DNA of 64,000 nt from Ostrea edulis. Its lineage: Eukaryota. Below, piece after piece: positions 1 to 13,952 of the stretch; within the stretch, counting starts at the first letter, position 1, and each line of letters starts with the position of its first letter. The notes beneath the pieces are model-generated. The model ran no database searches and had not been told where the DNA came from. It worked only from the letters and a program-made list of their open reading frames with translations. The stretch lies in NCBI RefSeq assembly GCF_947568905.1, contig NC_079172.1, forward strand, positions 31,682,001 through 31,746,000. Reading direction: 5' to 3'. Both the position numbers and the translations under genes were made by a program.

Positions 1-405
1 GGTGGTGGTTTGTAAGATAGAAATAACCAAACTCCTGGCTTAGGGGTCACAATACAATCTTTTATTGGATGATAACGATGATGGTTACAATGAGAAGCAC
101 CCATGTGTAACCGACGATGGAAATAATTAATAAGAAGCACTCATGGGTAACCGACGATGGAAATAATGAGATGGCAAGCGGGGACAAAAATCTATAAGTG
201 TCACTAAATGTGCGCTATCTACGTTATTGGGTTCTTTCATTAAAACTCTATTGAGTCGCGTCTCAGGAACTGTAGTAAACTATATACATGTTCATGTAGT
301 CGATCTTGTCATGGTGTCTAGTCCTATTTTTGTATACACGACTGCTTACTACGGATTCCACAAACATTACTAAAGTTGATATTTTTTCTCTTTTTATTTT
401 TTCAG

Positions 406-1526
406 CGCTGAATCCGGATGGAACGTGTGACAGTGACAGTGATTGTCTCCTCTCTTTCTACCACTGCTGTTCCGGAACTATCTGGTGTTGTCCTTCCGGG
501 TACATCTGTACCGGATCATCAACCTGCCTAAGTATCGGGTATGAAGTTCAGTTAACACGCCTCGGCAATTTGTAGGGGTTAAATTGCGCAATGACTTTAT
601 GTGCTAGTTGGTCTTTGTTAATACAAATGCAAATATAATGTGGTCTTTCCATATTACACATCAAAGAGAAAAAACCATAAATCGAATACCGTTAACCGAC
701 TGTCATCTTTCATTTCAGAGTTATCGTCGGTCCCATCGTCGGCCTGGTCGTCCTCATCGTTTCTATAGTGATCTGCTGCGTTTGTTACAGTAAGGCGTTT
801 ATTTTCTAGATGAAATGTTAACCAACGATTTATTATTGACCAAACAATTCACAGTTTGACTTCTGTTCGTAGACTGGGGTTACAGTGAGCGATAAGTTCT
901 AAATGAAACACGGAATCTGATGTTTATTTTCAATTTAATTGATATTCCTAAGTTTGGTCTTTGATTTTTGATAAGATTTTGGCATCAGTCCTTGTTAAGC
1001 CAGATTTGTTTTTTTTTAATTTTGGATTACGAACATTAAACATAAAAAGGTTGTGAAGTTTCAAAAGAGGTAAAACCGAAAATTAGATATAGATTTGAAA
1101 ATTTTGTTTATTACTAGTAACTGATATGAAATTTCGCTATATGCTTTGCCACTGACTTCATGAATGACACGAACTCTTATGTGTTGAAAAAAAAGTTGGA
1201 CAACTTTTATCAGAGAAACACTCACATTTGGCAGCGGAAAAAGTAATTAAAGAATTGAAAATAATTATGGAGATCCTATAGAAATATACAATTTTTGTTG
1301 TGATTTAATTCTGATACTAAACTACCTTTAAATTTCATTAGGAAGAAGACAACAGAGCCAAGGCGTAGTGTACAACCCAAACGTGACCGCCCAACCTCAA
1401 CCGCAGCCATACGGACAACCGCAGCCATACGGACAACCACAGGCTTACGGACAACCACAGGCTTACGGACAACCACAGGCATACGGACAACCACAAGGAT
1501 ATGGACAGCCACCGCCTAAAGCCTGA
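406..1526 (+). CDS. Small Cys-rich single-pass membrane protein (Shisa/CYYR1-like architecture), copy 1; 5' exon(s) not found. Exons 406-538, 719-789, 1342-1526
   Basis: AG/GT boundaries give one continuous frame: [44 protein letters not shown] | [23 protein letters not shown] (TM) | RRRQQSQG...(QPQxYG)n...PPPKA*. The same exon structure is found in the paralogue at 55474-58781. Confidence 0.85.
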
Positions 1527-3023
1527 GTTAGGAAGTTAGGAGAGAAAGAAAGGAGATGAGAAAGAAAGGAGATGAGAAAGAGAGAGGGAGAGAAAGAGAG
1601 GGAGAGCAAGAGAAAAAAAATGATAGCTCTTTTAAAATATTATACCATGCAAATTAATTTTTTCTCACTTATCATATTTTGTTCGAAATAATTTTTTTTT
1701 ATTAATTGGGAATATATCTACATCTGTTTCGCTTGTGAATTGTTGACATTTTTCCTTCATCATCGGACTGTGTGATTTATATCATATTCACTTCATAGTA
1801 TCATTTGCTTCAATAGATTATTACAATTGATATAGACACAACTATAGTTTGCAGCATAATATTGTTTTACAAAACTAAGCATTTGTGGATAACAATGGAT
1901 TAGAATTAGACAGCTTTTTAAAATTTGTGGGAACTATTTTTCGCCGTTTTGATTGTCAGATGCAGTCTGCTGTACGCATTGATTTTTAACAGACGTAGAT
2001 TTTATGCAAACACAATGCAAATAAAAAACATTAGTTTGCTTTAATTCATTCCATTCGTTTATTTGTGATCGCAAAATTTCAGTGATAATGTGAGATTTTC
2101 GAGGTGGAACAAATTGGATAGTTAATCGTTATTTACACTATTTTTGTATGATAACCTCTTTTCTAGATAGACACATGTAACAGACACCACCACATATAGT
2201 TAGATATATAATGCATGTTTATTATGGCGAAAAATCCATTTTACATATCGTATTAAACAGTTGAAAGTTTTATCTTTGTTTATTTGGTAATGAGGTTGGG
2301 TTCCTTTTTACATTCAAAATTGAAGAACTTTTGAAGAATCATATCTTCATGACAGTCTGTATATAAGGTAATAATTCCAATGTTATTTATTACAATTGTT
2401 TTGATTGGACAAAAATAAATAACGAGTTTACACATCAATAAATCCGAAAACGCGATGTATTCATACACGCCTGAAAACAAATAACAGTACGGGGAAACTA
2501 TTCAAATTTTTGCAATTGTTAATAAAATGAATGAATTGGAATTATAAGAATCAAACATTCTTTTTGAAGAATTTATCGATGTGTAAACTCCGGACATTTT
2601 ACTCACAAACTTGACATAAAAGTGTTTCGCACTTTTATTCAGTTTGTGAATAAAATGTCCGGAGTTTACACATCGATAAATTCTTCAAAAAGAATGTTTA
2701 ATCCTATAGTAACTGTCATTTGCCTCCGATCAATGTCCTCTATGAAAATAACGAACAATGATCAATTTCATAACTCTTATAAAAAATACAAAATTAAGAG
2801 TATAGGACAAACATGGACCCCTGGGCATACCAGATGTTTGATACGTTTGTCGGGATAATTATTTTGTACTGGAGGTAAAACGACGTTCATTTAGCAGATT
2901 TCGTGTTGCTAAATGTTGATATCAGCATGCAACATTTGATTTGTGTTGTATTGGGATGGCTGTTTAGGCTCGTGTAGATCAATAATTTGTATATTTACAG
3001 TGTAGTATAGCATGAGTTGGTAC

Positions 3024-3730
3024 TCTGTATAGACTGTTCTGAGTATCTGTATAGACAGTTCTGAGTATCTGTATAGACAGTTCTGAGTATCTGTATGGGC
3101 AGTTCTGAATATCTGTATAGACAGTTCTGAGTATCTGTATAGACAGTTCTGAGTATCTGTATAAACAGTTCTGAGTATCTGTATAGACAGTTCTGAGTAT
3201 CTGTATAAACAGTTCTGAGTATCTGTATAAACAGTTCTGAGTATCTATATAGACAGCTCTGAGTATCTGTATAGACAGTTCTGAGTATCTGTATAGACTG
3301 TTCTGAGTATCTGTATAAACAGTTCTGAGTATCTGTATAGACAGTTCTGAGTATCTGTATAGACAGTTCTGAGTATCTATATAGACAGTTCTGAGTATCT
3401 GTATAAACAGTTCTGAGTATCTGTATAGACAGTTCTGAGTATCAGTATAGACAGTTCTGAGTATCTGTATAAACAGTTCTGAGTATCTGTATAGACAGTT
3501 CTGAGTATCTGTATAGACAGTTCTGAGTATCTATATAGACAGTTCTGAGTATCTGTATAGACAGTTCTGAGTATCTATATAGACAGTTCTGAGTATCTGT
3601 ATAGACTGTTCTGAGTATCTGTATAGACAGTTCTGAGTATCTATATAGACAGTTCTGAGTATCTGTATAGACTGTTCTGAGTATCTGTATAGACAGTTCT
3701 GAGTATCTGTATAGACTGTTCTGAGTATCT
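3024..3730. repeat. 22-bp minisatellite (ACAGTTCTGAGTATCTGTATAG), about 32 copies
   Basis: Direct reading of near-perfect tandem units. Confidence 0.95.
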
Positions 3731-5154
3731 TGACAGTATGCTGAAGAATCTACTTGTTACCGATCTTTCCATTATCAAAACCAAATCAGTTTATGAGCAC
3801 AGATCAAGGATTTTTGTTTTAAATTTGGATTTTGCTCTTGAAATATATGTGCATATATTATCAAATAATTTAGTGTGATACCAACGGAATTTAAGATTTA
3901 ACATCCACCACCAACGACATTTTCATAGTTTTTTTTTATTTGAATTGATAAAATGTTGAAGATCCTTTATAATCTGAAGGAGGTATGTTACACAAGAGAA
4001 ATTTGATTTGAATTAAAAATGGACGATATGTACAACAATATTTTAAAATTGAAAGCTTTAAAATTTACTTCATTTAGTCAAAATATGCAGTTTCAGTAGA
4101 AAGTAATCGGGGGGGGGGGGGGGGGGGGGGGGGGGGGATATAAGACCCCTGCTGAACTCGGAACACGCGACTTACAGTTCTGCGATCGGCACCCTTTTTT
4201 CGGCACTCTGAAAGGAATAGACAAAGTATTGCTGATATTCATTTTTTCATTCAGTGTTTTGAAAGGAAGTCGGCCAGTATGACGATGTAGTATTCCTTCT
4301 GAAGCTAGCCCATTGATTGTTATTCAATGTTGTAATTTTTCGAAATGATCAGAAGCATTGCTTTTCAATATTTTCGGTTTACTTCCTTTTCGGACAAGGT
4401 AAAATAGGTAAAGACACGAAATGTTGTTAGGGAAAAAAATGACATGTTGCCATGGTTGGTGTTGTAAATCTATACCAATTTGGTTTTGGTGTAATATATA
4501 ATGAATTCAGGATAGCACATTAAGTATCAAATGACTAGTTTACATTGTGTATAAAACATTCACAGACAGGTAAATGAGAGAAAAGGGGAAAAACCAATGT
4601 AATATAAAACTACATTTGTGTATACATGTATACATAATCATGAAATATATACACGATAGCACTAAAATAAAGTTTATATACATGTATCACTTGATTTATA
4701 ATGCTGCAGATATGCTGATTTAAAAGATGCGATAGAACTACTTCTGACAGACTCGGGCAACTGATTCCATAAAATTGTAGATGATACCTTAAAAGACCTC
4801 TGGTGTAATATTTTCCAGAACCTTGAAAGCAAGCAAAAGCTTTCTACATGTACATGTATATGAAATTAACATTAACAGGCAGCCATTGTACGTATGAAAC
4901 ATTCATTTAAGAACACTAAAATTACCATACAAATGATGACAGGCTGTTTCCCGTCCTGTCTAAGATTAATTGTATAATAGCCAAAACCAAGAGCTGCCAT
5001 ACAGGACTGAGGAGGGTTACAGAGATTTTGTTTTACACATTGAATAAAATTTTAACGAATTGGGAATAAATATCTAGGTTTCTTATACGTGTAGGGGGTT
5101 GCAACCCTCTCCCTTTGTTTTTTATGTAGGGGGCTGTCTCCCTTTGGTTGAACA

Positions 5155-6015
5155 TTTTTAGGCCACATAAGTCACTCAGGTGACGTATTGTCGTTGATCT
5201 TCGTCCGTCGTCGTCCCTTAACAATTTTACATTTTTAACCTTATCTTGAAAATTGCAAGACCAATTGTTACTAATTTTGATGTGAAGCTTCTTTAGGATA
5301 AAAGGAATTTCAATTTTGAAATTTATGATCTTAGCTCCCCCAGAACCTCTTGTGGTGGGCTCAAAACTGCCAGAAAAATTACTAATTTTTCTAGAATCTT
5401 CCTCTGAAAACCAATTCCGTGGTTATGATGTCCATGAAGTCCTTTACCAAAATTGTGAAATTCATGGGTCCTTGGTCAGGGGTTCAGTCTCTAGGGTGAG
5501 GTCAATATGGCTTTATACTATAGTAAGGTATTCTACTCTTAGACATGTGTGAGAAAAACTAAATACGTGATTATGATGCCCAAGAAGATCTCTACTTAAA
5601 GTATGAAAATCATGGCCTCTTTTGTTTTGGGGTTTAGTCCCTAGGGTGGGGCCAATGTGGTTATCTAGTGAAAATGTTACAAATATTAGAAAAAATTCTT
5701 CTCTATTCTCAGACATGTGTGACAAAAACGATATGAATGGTTATTATGTCCATGAAACTATCTACCGAAATATTGAAATACATGACCTCTGGGTCAGGGA
5801 TTCACATCCTAGAGTGGGGCCAATATGGCCATATAGTGAGATGTCTTAAATCTTATAAAGTCTTCTCTCCTCACAAATATGTATGAGAAAAACTAATTGC
5901 ATAGTTGATATATCCATGAGGCCCGCTAACCAAGTTGTGAAAATCCTGGGATTTAGGCCCTAGTGTTGGGCCAATGTGGCCATATACAGTCAAAATGCAT
6001 TAGATCTTAGAAGGT
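5155..6015 (+). mobile_element. Non-autonomous Helentron (HINE-like) with about 4 degenerate Cg170-like ~166-bp internal repeats
   Basis: Begins TTTTTAGGCCACATAAGTCACTCAGGTGACG...CGTCCGTCGTCGTC. Repeated GGTCAGGGGTTCAG/CTAGGGTGGGGCCAATATGGCCATATAG/GTTATGATGTCCATGAA motifs match my recollection of Crassostrea Cg170/HINE elements. The 3' boundary is approximate. Confidence 0.7.
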
Positions 6016-7196
6016 CAAACAGTGGCCTGAGTTTTTGGACATTGTCAGGTAGTATGCAGTGTGTATCCTAAAATGTTTTAACTTTAAAGTTATCAGGCGC
6101 AAATTTCCCAGAACAGCCCTGGACCATTCGATATCTGACATATTGGACAGTTTTCGACTTATCACTTACTTTCAAGATCTGTGTCATCACAAAACATGTT
6201 CAACCAAAATAAACTGATTTTTGGTGTTTATCCATGTTTGTACATATCAGTAACTGCTGATGAATTATTACAAAAAGTCGTAACAGTGACTTCTATAATC
6301 ATGGAAAAAATTAGGTTCATTGAAAATATCAGATGAATATCGTATTTAAGGATTCATCATTGTGTCAGATCGTTGATCTCGGGAGGGGGTGTCCTTCGTT
6401 GAATGTGATGTATATAAGTAATATAATTATAAATCTTCATAAAATGATAGATATGGGCGAGGTCAAAACTATTATAGGTATAACTAACACTGAACACCTA
6501 CACAATTCCATGCTGATCTTGTTGTAAACCAATCGCAACTTCCCGGATTGCCGGAAAGGCCCGATAATGTGCGATTGGTTGTAGATCTAAGCGTCTATGA
6601 TGTTGCTTCGTTCTGGAAATTTCCATAAGGCTGATTCACGACTAAACTCACCGATTATAGAAACGAACAGGCATATTATCTTATTTATTCAACAAATCTT
6701 CTTTAAAATCAAAATGAAGCATTGATAAACAATGGATTTTCTTCATATCGTAATATCTTCAGTTGTCATTTAAAACAAAAAACTGGCTTAGATCCGTCAT
6801 AGCGTGTCTCCACTTTACTCTCAATTTTGCTATTTCAGGGTAGTTTATCGAAAACGAAAGTAGGTTTTACGATATTTATCAAGTAATATTCTATTATAGC
6901 TTACGGACTTCATCTCACATATGAAACAATATCAAAGGTGCAAGCAGAATCTCTGGAGCAAGCGTTTTGGAGTTTATTGGCAAAAGTTGTTGATTTTTAA
7001 GTATAGATGATAGTTTTTAAGAAATCTTTGTCCCCTGTAAATTTTTGTAATTTGGCCCAAAATGAAAGTATGCGTACTTCTACATTAATTGCAATAGGAT
7101 ACTAGTATCTTCATTATAAGTTCTGTTGACAATAGTTGTAGAAACTTATACATATTTAATAATATCTGTTCAGTTTATTTTACTCAAACCATGCAA

Positions 7197-7612
7197 TGAT
7201 ACATGAAGTATATAAAACATATATACATAGATCTATATGATACATGAAGTATATAAAACATATATACATAGATCAATATGATAACATGAAGTATATAAAA
7301 CATATATACATAGATCTCTATGATACATGAAGTATATAAAACATATATACATAGATCTCTATGATACATGAAGTATATAAAACATATATACATAGATCTC
7401 TATGATACATGAAGTATATAAAACATATATACATAGATCTCTATGATACATGAAGTATATAAAACATATATACATAGATCTATATGATACATGAAGTATA
7501 TAAAACATATATACATAGATCTATATGATGCATGAAGTATATAAAACATATATACATAGATCTATATGATACATGAAGTATATAAAACATATATACATAG
7601 ATCTCTATGATA
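7197..7612. repeat. 41-bp AT-rich minisatellite (TGATACATGAAGTATATAAAACATATATACATAGATCTCTA), about 10 copies
   Basis: Direct reading. Confidence 0.95.
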
Positions 7613-8947
7613 ACATGTGGTAGACTCCCCTCCTCTCAAACTATGAACTCTAAAAGACAATCTGTAAGCAACCTAAACTATAGCTGGCCATAAGGGAAAT
7701 ATTAAAATGTTAAAAGTTGTTTAAAACCAACCATGGAAACCTGTTTGTGTATTTATTGCACATATTAAGCTGATATTAGAAAACATTAAACACATGAAGT
7801 AACATGAATTAAGCATTTTATCATTCCAAAACGGGTAAAGATGCTTTACCACAAACATATGGTCAAACAGAGAGAGAAAAAGGAGAACACTGAGGCTTCA
7901 TTATATGATCGATTCATTTCAAGCAATCCAATTGGCTGAAATTTAACAAACTAGAAAAATACGACTTTATATTTACCTGGACGTGCCTTCGTGGTGAATA
8001 TAACATTTGATTTCCCCAACATCAGCTCAAAATCATCGGGAATTTAAAAATTGATACGATTGGCTATTATTTTTGTGATTGTCCAATGGAAATTTCCGCT
8101 TCTAATAACTTTCGATCTTGTATTCGGAATATCACTTAGCCTTTTCGGTCAAGTTGAGATATTCCCTACTAGACTCGAACACACGGACTACCGGTTATGA
8201 AAGGTTTTTGAGCACATTGTCATACTCAAACTATGTTCTCTAAATCGAACTCATACTCAAAAGTGAAGGTTATAAAACTTTTATAAAATCATCTTTATAC
8301 TCAAATGGAGTATATGCTCAAGATTTTTCGAGTATGTTTCGAAGCTTATTCAGAATTATACCAAAAAAAAACATAAATAGCTGAGTTTGAGAATGAGTAC
8401 GATAAAAGTTAGAATAACCCCCAGGCCAAATCAGCAGTCAACAGGTTAACTTACTGAGCTACCCAGCTAGACTGTTAGATTGAAATTGAATAAACATGCA
8501 TGCATTGCTGAATACGGAACTTTCGGGATGTGCCGTAACGACCGAGTAGATTTGACGTTTATACACTGCACCGCTGTCACGTAATACATGTAGTAAGCAA
8601 TTGTAGGGCAATGTTGACATCAATACAACTGGTGTTTCGCTAGCACACGGTCAGTAAAGAGTTATGCGCAGTCCCACGATGACGATCCAAGTCGCTATTA
8701 GTGCTTAGTACCAGGGTGTAAATTACATAGAAGGAAAAAGGCGCATTTAGACGCGTATCCTTTGATGGAAGGCGTGAAATTTCCCCCAATATCCTCGAGA
8801 TATTCCCTAGATTTGTTTTCTTCGCCTACTCACATTATTTAATCAAATGCATTTTCCTATAAATGGTTGTACTTATTCATTTTTTTGAAAAATAACACTT
8901 TGATACAGGAATTTGATAGCAATTGAAGTATTCCATGCTTGTTTACT

Positions 8948-8956
8948 TAGTTGTTA
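8948..8956. other. Left 9-bp target-site duplication TAGTTGTTA of the Foldback element
   Basis: Identical 9-mer at 32463-32471, immediately outside the opposite TIR. Confidence 0.9.
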
Positions 8957-11900
8957 ACTAAAGTCAAGCTAGCGAACAATAAGCTAGCGACCAATAAGGA
9001 TTTTTCCTAATATTTATCGCTTAGAAAACGTACGTATAACGAACCCGACAAAAAAGTACTCTCAATATACGGCGCCTAGCGCCTAAACTAGGACTTGTGC
9101 CACTTAGTTGACCACAGGGCATTTTAGGGCATTGACCCCCTAATGGAATCTGACCCCAAAAGGGTAAGTATAGGCACCGATTTGGGGCACGGGGGCGCCA
9201 AATATACCCTATCTAACTATATGCGATAGGGATCTAAATACGGCGCCTAGCGCCTAAACTAGGACTTGTGCCACTCAGGTGACCACAGGGCATTTTAGGG
9301 TATTGACCCCTCTAATAGATTCTGACCCCAAAAGGGTAAGTATAGGCACCGATTTGGGACACGGGGCGCCAAATATACCCTAGTTTTACTATTCGACTAT
9401 ATGCGATAGGGGTCTAGGTACGGCGCCTAGCGCCTAAACTAGGACTTGTGCCACTCAGGTGACCACAGGACATTTTAGGGCATTGACCCCTCTAATAGAT
9501 TCTGACCCCAAAAGGGTAAGTATAGGCACCGATTTGGGGCACGGGGGCGCCAAATATACCCTATCTAACTATATGCGATAGGGGTCTAAATACGGCGCCT
9601 AGCGCCTAAACTAGGACTTGTGCCACTCAGGTGACCACAGGGCATTTTAGGGTATTGACCTCTCTAATAGATTCTGACCCCAAAAGGGTAAGTATAGGCA
9701 CCGATTTGGGGCACGGGGCGCCAAATATACCCTAGTTTTACTATTCGACTATATGCGATAGGGGTCTAGGTACGGCGCCTAGCGCCTAAACTAGGACTTG
9801 TGCCATTCAGGTGACCACAGGACATTTTAGGGCATTGACCCCTCTAATAGATTCTGACCCCAAAAGGGTAAGTATAGGCACCGATTTGGGGCACGGGGGC
9901 GCCAAATATACCCTATCTAACTATATGCGATAGGGGTCTAAATACGGCGCCTAGCGCCTAAACTAGGACTTGTGCCACTCAGGTGACCACAGGGCATTTG
10001 AGGGTATTGACCCCTCTAATAGATTCTGACCCCAAAAGGGTAAGTATAGGCACCGATTTGGGGCACGGGGGCGCCAAATATACCCTAGTTTTACTATTTG
10101 ACTATATGCGATAGGGGTCTAGGTACGGCGCCTAGCGCCTAAACTAGGACTTGTGCCACTCAGGTGACCACAGGACATTTTAGGGTATTGACCCCTCTAA
10201 TAGATTCTGACCCCAAAAGGGTAAGTATAGGCACCGATTTGGGGCACGGGGGCGCCAAATATACCCTATCTAACTATATGCGATAGGGGTCTAAATACGG
10301 CGCCTAGCGCCTAAACTAGGACTTGTGCCACTCAGGTGACCACAGGGCATTTTAGGGTATTGATTCCTCTAATAAATTCTGACCCCAAAAGGGTAAGTAT
10401 AGGCACCGATTTGGGGCACGGGGGCGCCAAATATACCCTAGTTTTACTATTTGACTATATGCGATAGGGGTCTAGGTACGGCGCCTAGCGCCTAAACTAG
10501 GACTTGTGCCACTCAGGTGACCACAGGACATTTTAGGGCATTGACCCCTCTAATAGATTCTGACCCCAAAAGGGTAAGTATAGGCACCGATTTGGGGCAC
10601 GGGGGCGCCAAATATACCCTATCTAACTATATGCGATAGGGGTCTAAATACGGCGCCTAGCGCCTAAACTAGGACTTGTGCCACTCAGGTGACCACAGGG
10701 CATTTTAGGGTATTGACCTCTCTAATAGATTCTGACCCCAAAAGGGTAAGTATAGGCACCGATTTGGGGCACGGGGCGCCAAATATACCCTAGTTTTACT
10801 ATTCGACTATATGCGATAGGGGTCTAGGTACGGCGCCTAGCGCCTAAACTAGGACTTGTGCCATTCAGGTGACCACAGGACATTTTAGGGCATTGACCCC
10901 TCTAATAGATTCTGACCCCAAAAGGGTAAGTATAGGCACCGATTTGGGGCACGGGGGCGCCAAATATACCCTATCTAACTATATGCGATAGGGGTCTAAA
11001 TACGGCGCCTAGCGCCTAAACTAGGACTTGTGCCACTCAGGTGACCACAGGGCATTTGAGGGTATTGACCCCTCTAATAGATTCTGACCCCAAAAGGGTA
11101 AGTATAGGCACCGATTTGGGGCACGGGGGCGCCAAATATACCCTAGTTTTACTATTTGACTATATGCGATAGGGGTCTAGGTACGGCGCCTAGCGCCTAA
11201 ACTAGGACTTGTGCCACTCAGGTGACCACAGGACATTTTAGGGTATTGACCCCTCTAATAGATTCTGACCCCAAAAGGGTAAGTATAGGCACCGATTTGG
11301 GGCACGGGGGCGCCAAATATACCCTATCTAACTATATGCGATAGGGGTCTAAATACGGCGCCTAGCGCCTAAACTAGGACTTGTGCCACTCAGGTGACCA
11401 CAGGGCATTTTAGGGTATTGATTCCTCTAATAAATTCTGACCCCAAAAGGGTAAGTATAGGCACCGATTTGGGGCACGGGGGCGCCAAATATACCCTAGT
11501 TTTACTATTTGACTATATGCGATAGGGGTCTAGGTACGGCGCCTAGCGCCTAAACTAGGACTTGTGCCACTCAGGTGACCACAGGGTATTTTAGGGTATT
11601 GACCCCTCTAATAGATTCTGACCCCAAAAGGGTAAGTATAGGCACCGATTTGGGACACGGGGCGCCAAATATACCCTAGTTTTACTATTCGACTATATGC
11701 GATAGGGGTCTAGGTACGGCGCCTAGCGCCTAAACTAGGACTTGTGCCACTCAGGTGACCACAGGACATTTTAGGGCATTGACCCCTCTAATAGATTCTG
11801 ACCCCAAAAGGGTAAGTATAGGCACCGATTTGGGGCACGGGGGCGCCAAATATACCCTATCTAACTATATGCGATAGGGGTCTAAATACGGCGCCTAGCG

Positions 11901-12050
11901 CCTAAACTAGGACTTGTGCCACTCAGGTGACCGCAGGGCATTTTAGGGTATTGACCTCTCTAATAGATTCTGACCCCAAAAGGGTAAGTATAGGCACCGA
12001 TTTGGAGCACGGGGGCGCCAAATATACCGTATTTAACTATATGGAATAGG
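8957..12050 (+). repeat. Left TIR: 114-bp unique end plus 17 tandem monomers, mostly alternating ~172 bp and ~180-181 bp
   Basis: GGCGCCTAGCGCC starts at 9071, 9242, 9422, 9594, 9774, 9946, 10127, 10299, 10480, 10652, 10832, 11004, 11185, 11357, 11538, 11718, 11890. Confidence 0.95.
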
Positions 12051-13741
12051 GAAAATTTGCAAAATTTTGGCCTATGCTCGGCACTTACGGCCTTTGAGCA
12101 GGGAATAGCGATATTTGCTCATTGAAGTGGTGAATATAACGGAAACCCTTGGTCAATGGATGGCCTGATGAGTAATCAAATTCAACCTGTTTTCTTAATC
12201 ATTCTTCGAAAATCAATGCCGGTATAGCAATAACTATAGCAGTCCCTAGTTGTCTTTTCGCTCTGGCAGTTCAGGTGGTATTTAAGTTATTTAAAGGCAT
12301 AGGGTCTAAGATATTGGTGAAATTTTGTTTGTTCCAAAAAGGTGGCGAAATTTAAGATCATAACTAGAAAATCACACAAAGTTCTTCAGAATGTTCACAA
12401 ACACATTGGATACGATAGTAATTACAAAACAATTCCCTGTTCTCATTTGCCTAAACTGGTACCCTGTTGACTTTGCATCTCTTATGTTTGTGTGTAGCCA
12501 CCAATCAGCGGAGTACCAGTTTAATATAATGTCCTCCAGACAAAAATTTTATAAAGGGGTAAAACGTCAAAATGACTTCAATTTCAAAGCGATGCAGCTT
12601 TAGATAACTCATAATTAGTACTGCAAATTTGTTTTTTGGAGTTCTCTTTGCAAAATATTGTGATGTCATTTTTGAGATAAAAGATAGACCCTATGCCTTT
12701 AAAATAATTTTCTTGGGACAAAGAATTAATGATATGAAAAAAGACTTGATTGTGCTAAAAAATAATGAGACCAAAGGACAAAAAAAAAAATCTAAGAGAA
12801 TTAGAAAAAATGAGATTTCTGTAGAGAATGTGCAACTGCTAACATTCACCATGGATTCTATATTTTTGTGAAGGTAGCGGATGTAGAAAATGTGAAGCAA
12901 ATCCTCCTATTTGTATTGCTCATAAAGAGATTAATGAAAAATCACCAGGAGAATGGATTGCTCCAATAAGGTGATTTGTGGTACAGATGTCAGTTTCATA
13001 TCTTCATCTACATAATTTGCCTAATCATTTCTACCTTTGATCAAGATCAATTAAACACAAGTATCAATATAGAATATTTACACGGGTTATACGATTGCTG
13101 GTTTTGAAGACAGTGGTCCTGTCCTTTCTCTTGCTTATACCTCAAATCTCTGTTTTTGCAAATTAATCAAAAGATCAGTGCAGCTGCTATATTTACTGTG
13201 GATTTAAAATTCTATATACTTGATCCTCAATCGTTTGACAGTAAAGCTAAACGCTAATCTAAATAATGATTTTCAAACATAGATTTAGATCTGCATCCTA
13301 GCTGGGTTTTTTCTTCTTTTTTACCTTCAAGGCATCCATTTTTCCCTAGCAGCATAGGTTGATTGTTTGGGATTTAAATGGAAATATTTAGCCATTTTAC
13401 GGTGGTTAACTAAATAAAATATAATCGGTTTTGAAGAGTGTTGGAGCAGCATAGGAATCAAATGGAATATATGTATTCAGTATATAAAGCGTTTGTATTT
13501 TTGTCACAATTTGCATCTTTTGTCACCTCGTTTCAGTACTTTCAGTACTTTGATTAAAAATAAGGGCGTCCTGAATCAACCAGAATTACATGTATTTTGA
13601 GTAAGCGCTTAAAGGCCTATGCTTCCGAAATTAATCTTATTAATAAAAGTCAAGAAGGTTTTAGAAAAAATTATTCTACTCTAAATCATATTTAACTCTG
13701 CAATTTTTATAGCCTGCTCTACTCAGTAGGAAGAAACAATA

Positions 13742-13935
13742 TTTTGTGCTTTTGTAGATTTCAAGCAAGCCTTCGATACAATTCAGAGAAATGGTCTTTG
13801 GTATTACCTATTAGAAAATAGAATTAAGGGAAAATGTTATACTTTTAAACAAAATATGTATAGAAGATAAATATGATCAGTATGTCATTTGATTTTTTTT
13901 TTCTGTTTTAATGTCCGGTTCGCTAAAGTGAAAGT
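13742..13935 (+). pseudogene. Degraded non-LTR reverse transcriptase fragment
   Basis: Translates FCAFVDFKQAFDTIQRNGLWYYLLENRIKGKCY (RT 'DFxKAFD' motif), then stops; it ends where the adjacent LINE tail begins. Confidence 0.7.
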
Positions 13936-13952
13936 TTATCCCCCTTTTTATT

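Noticed and set aside
1276-1512. Minus-strand VVRKP/VVRMA repeat ORF (and 55404-55655 +)
   Set aside because: Antisense shadow of the YGQPQ-coding exons of the real genes.
4110-4137. Long poly-G tracts (also ~32692-32715 and ~36062) as G-quadruplex elements
   Set aside because: Homopolymer runs are common in oyster repeats and prone to assembly error; no further support.
8620-8780. GC-rich SINE- or ncRNA-like segment just left of the Foldback
   Set aside because: Looks like a dispersed repeat fragment, but I cannot assign family or boundaries.
9071-12050. CRISPR-like regular array
   Set aside because: Units are near-identical end to end with no unique spacers; this is a eukaryotic satellite-type TIR.
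12850-12975. Cys-rich frame ILYFCEGSGCRKCEANPPICIAH inside the Foldback
   Set aside because: Short, bounded by stops, no clear splice sites, and no family recognised; could be a relic but is unsupported.
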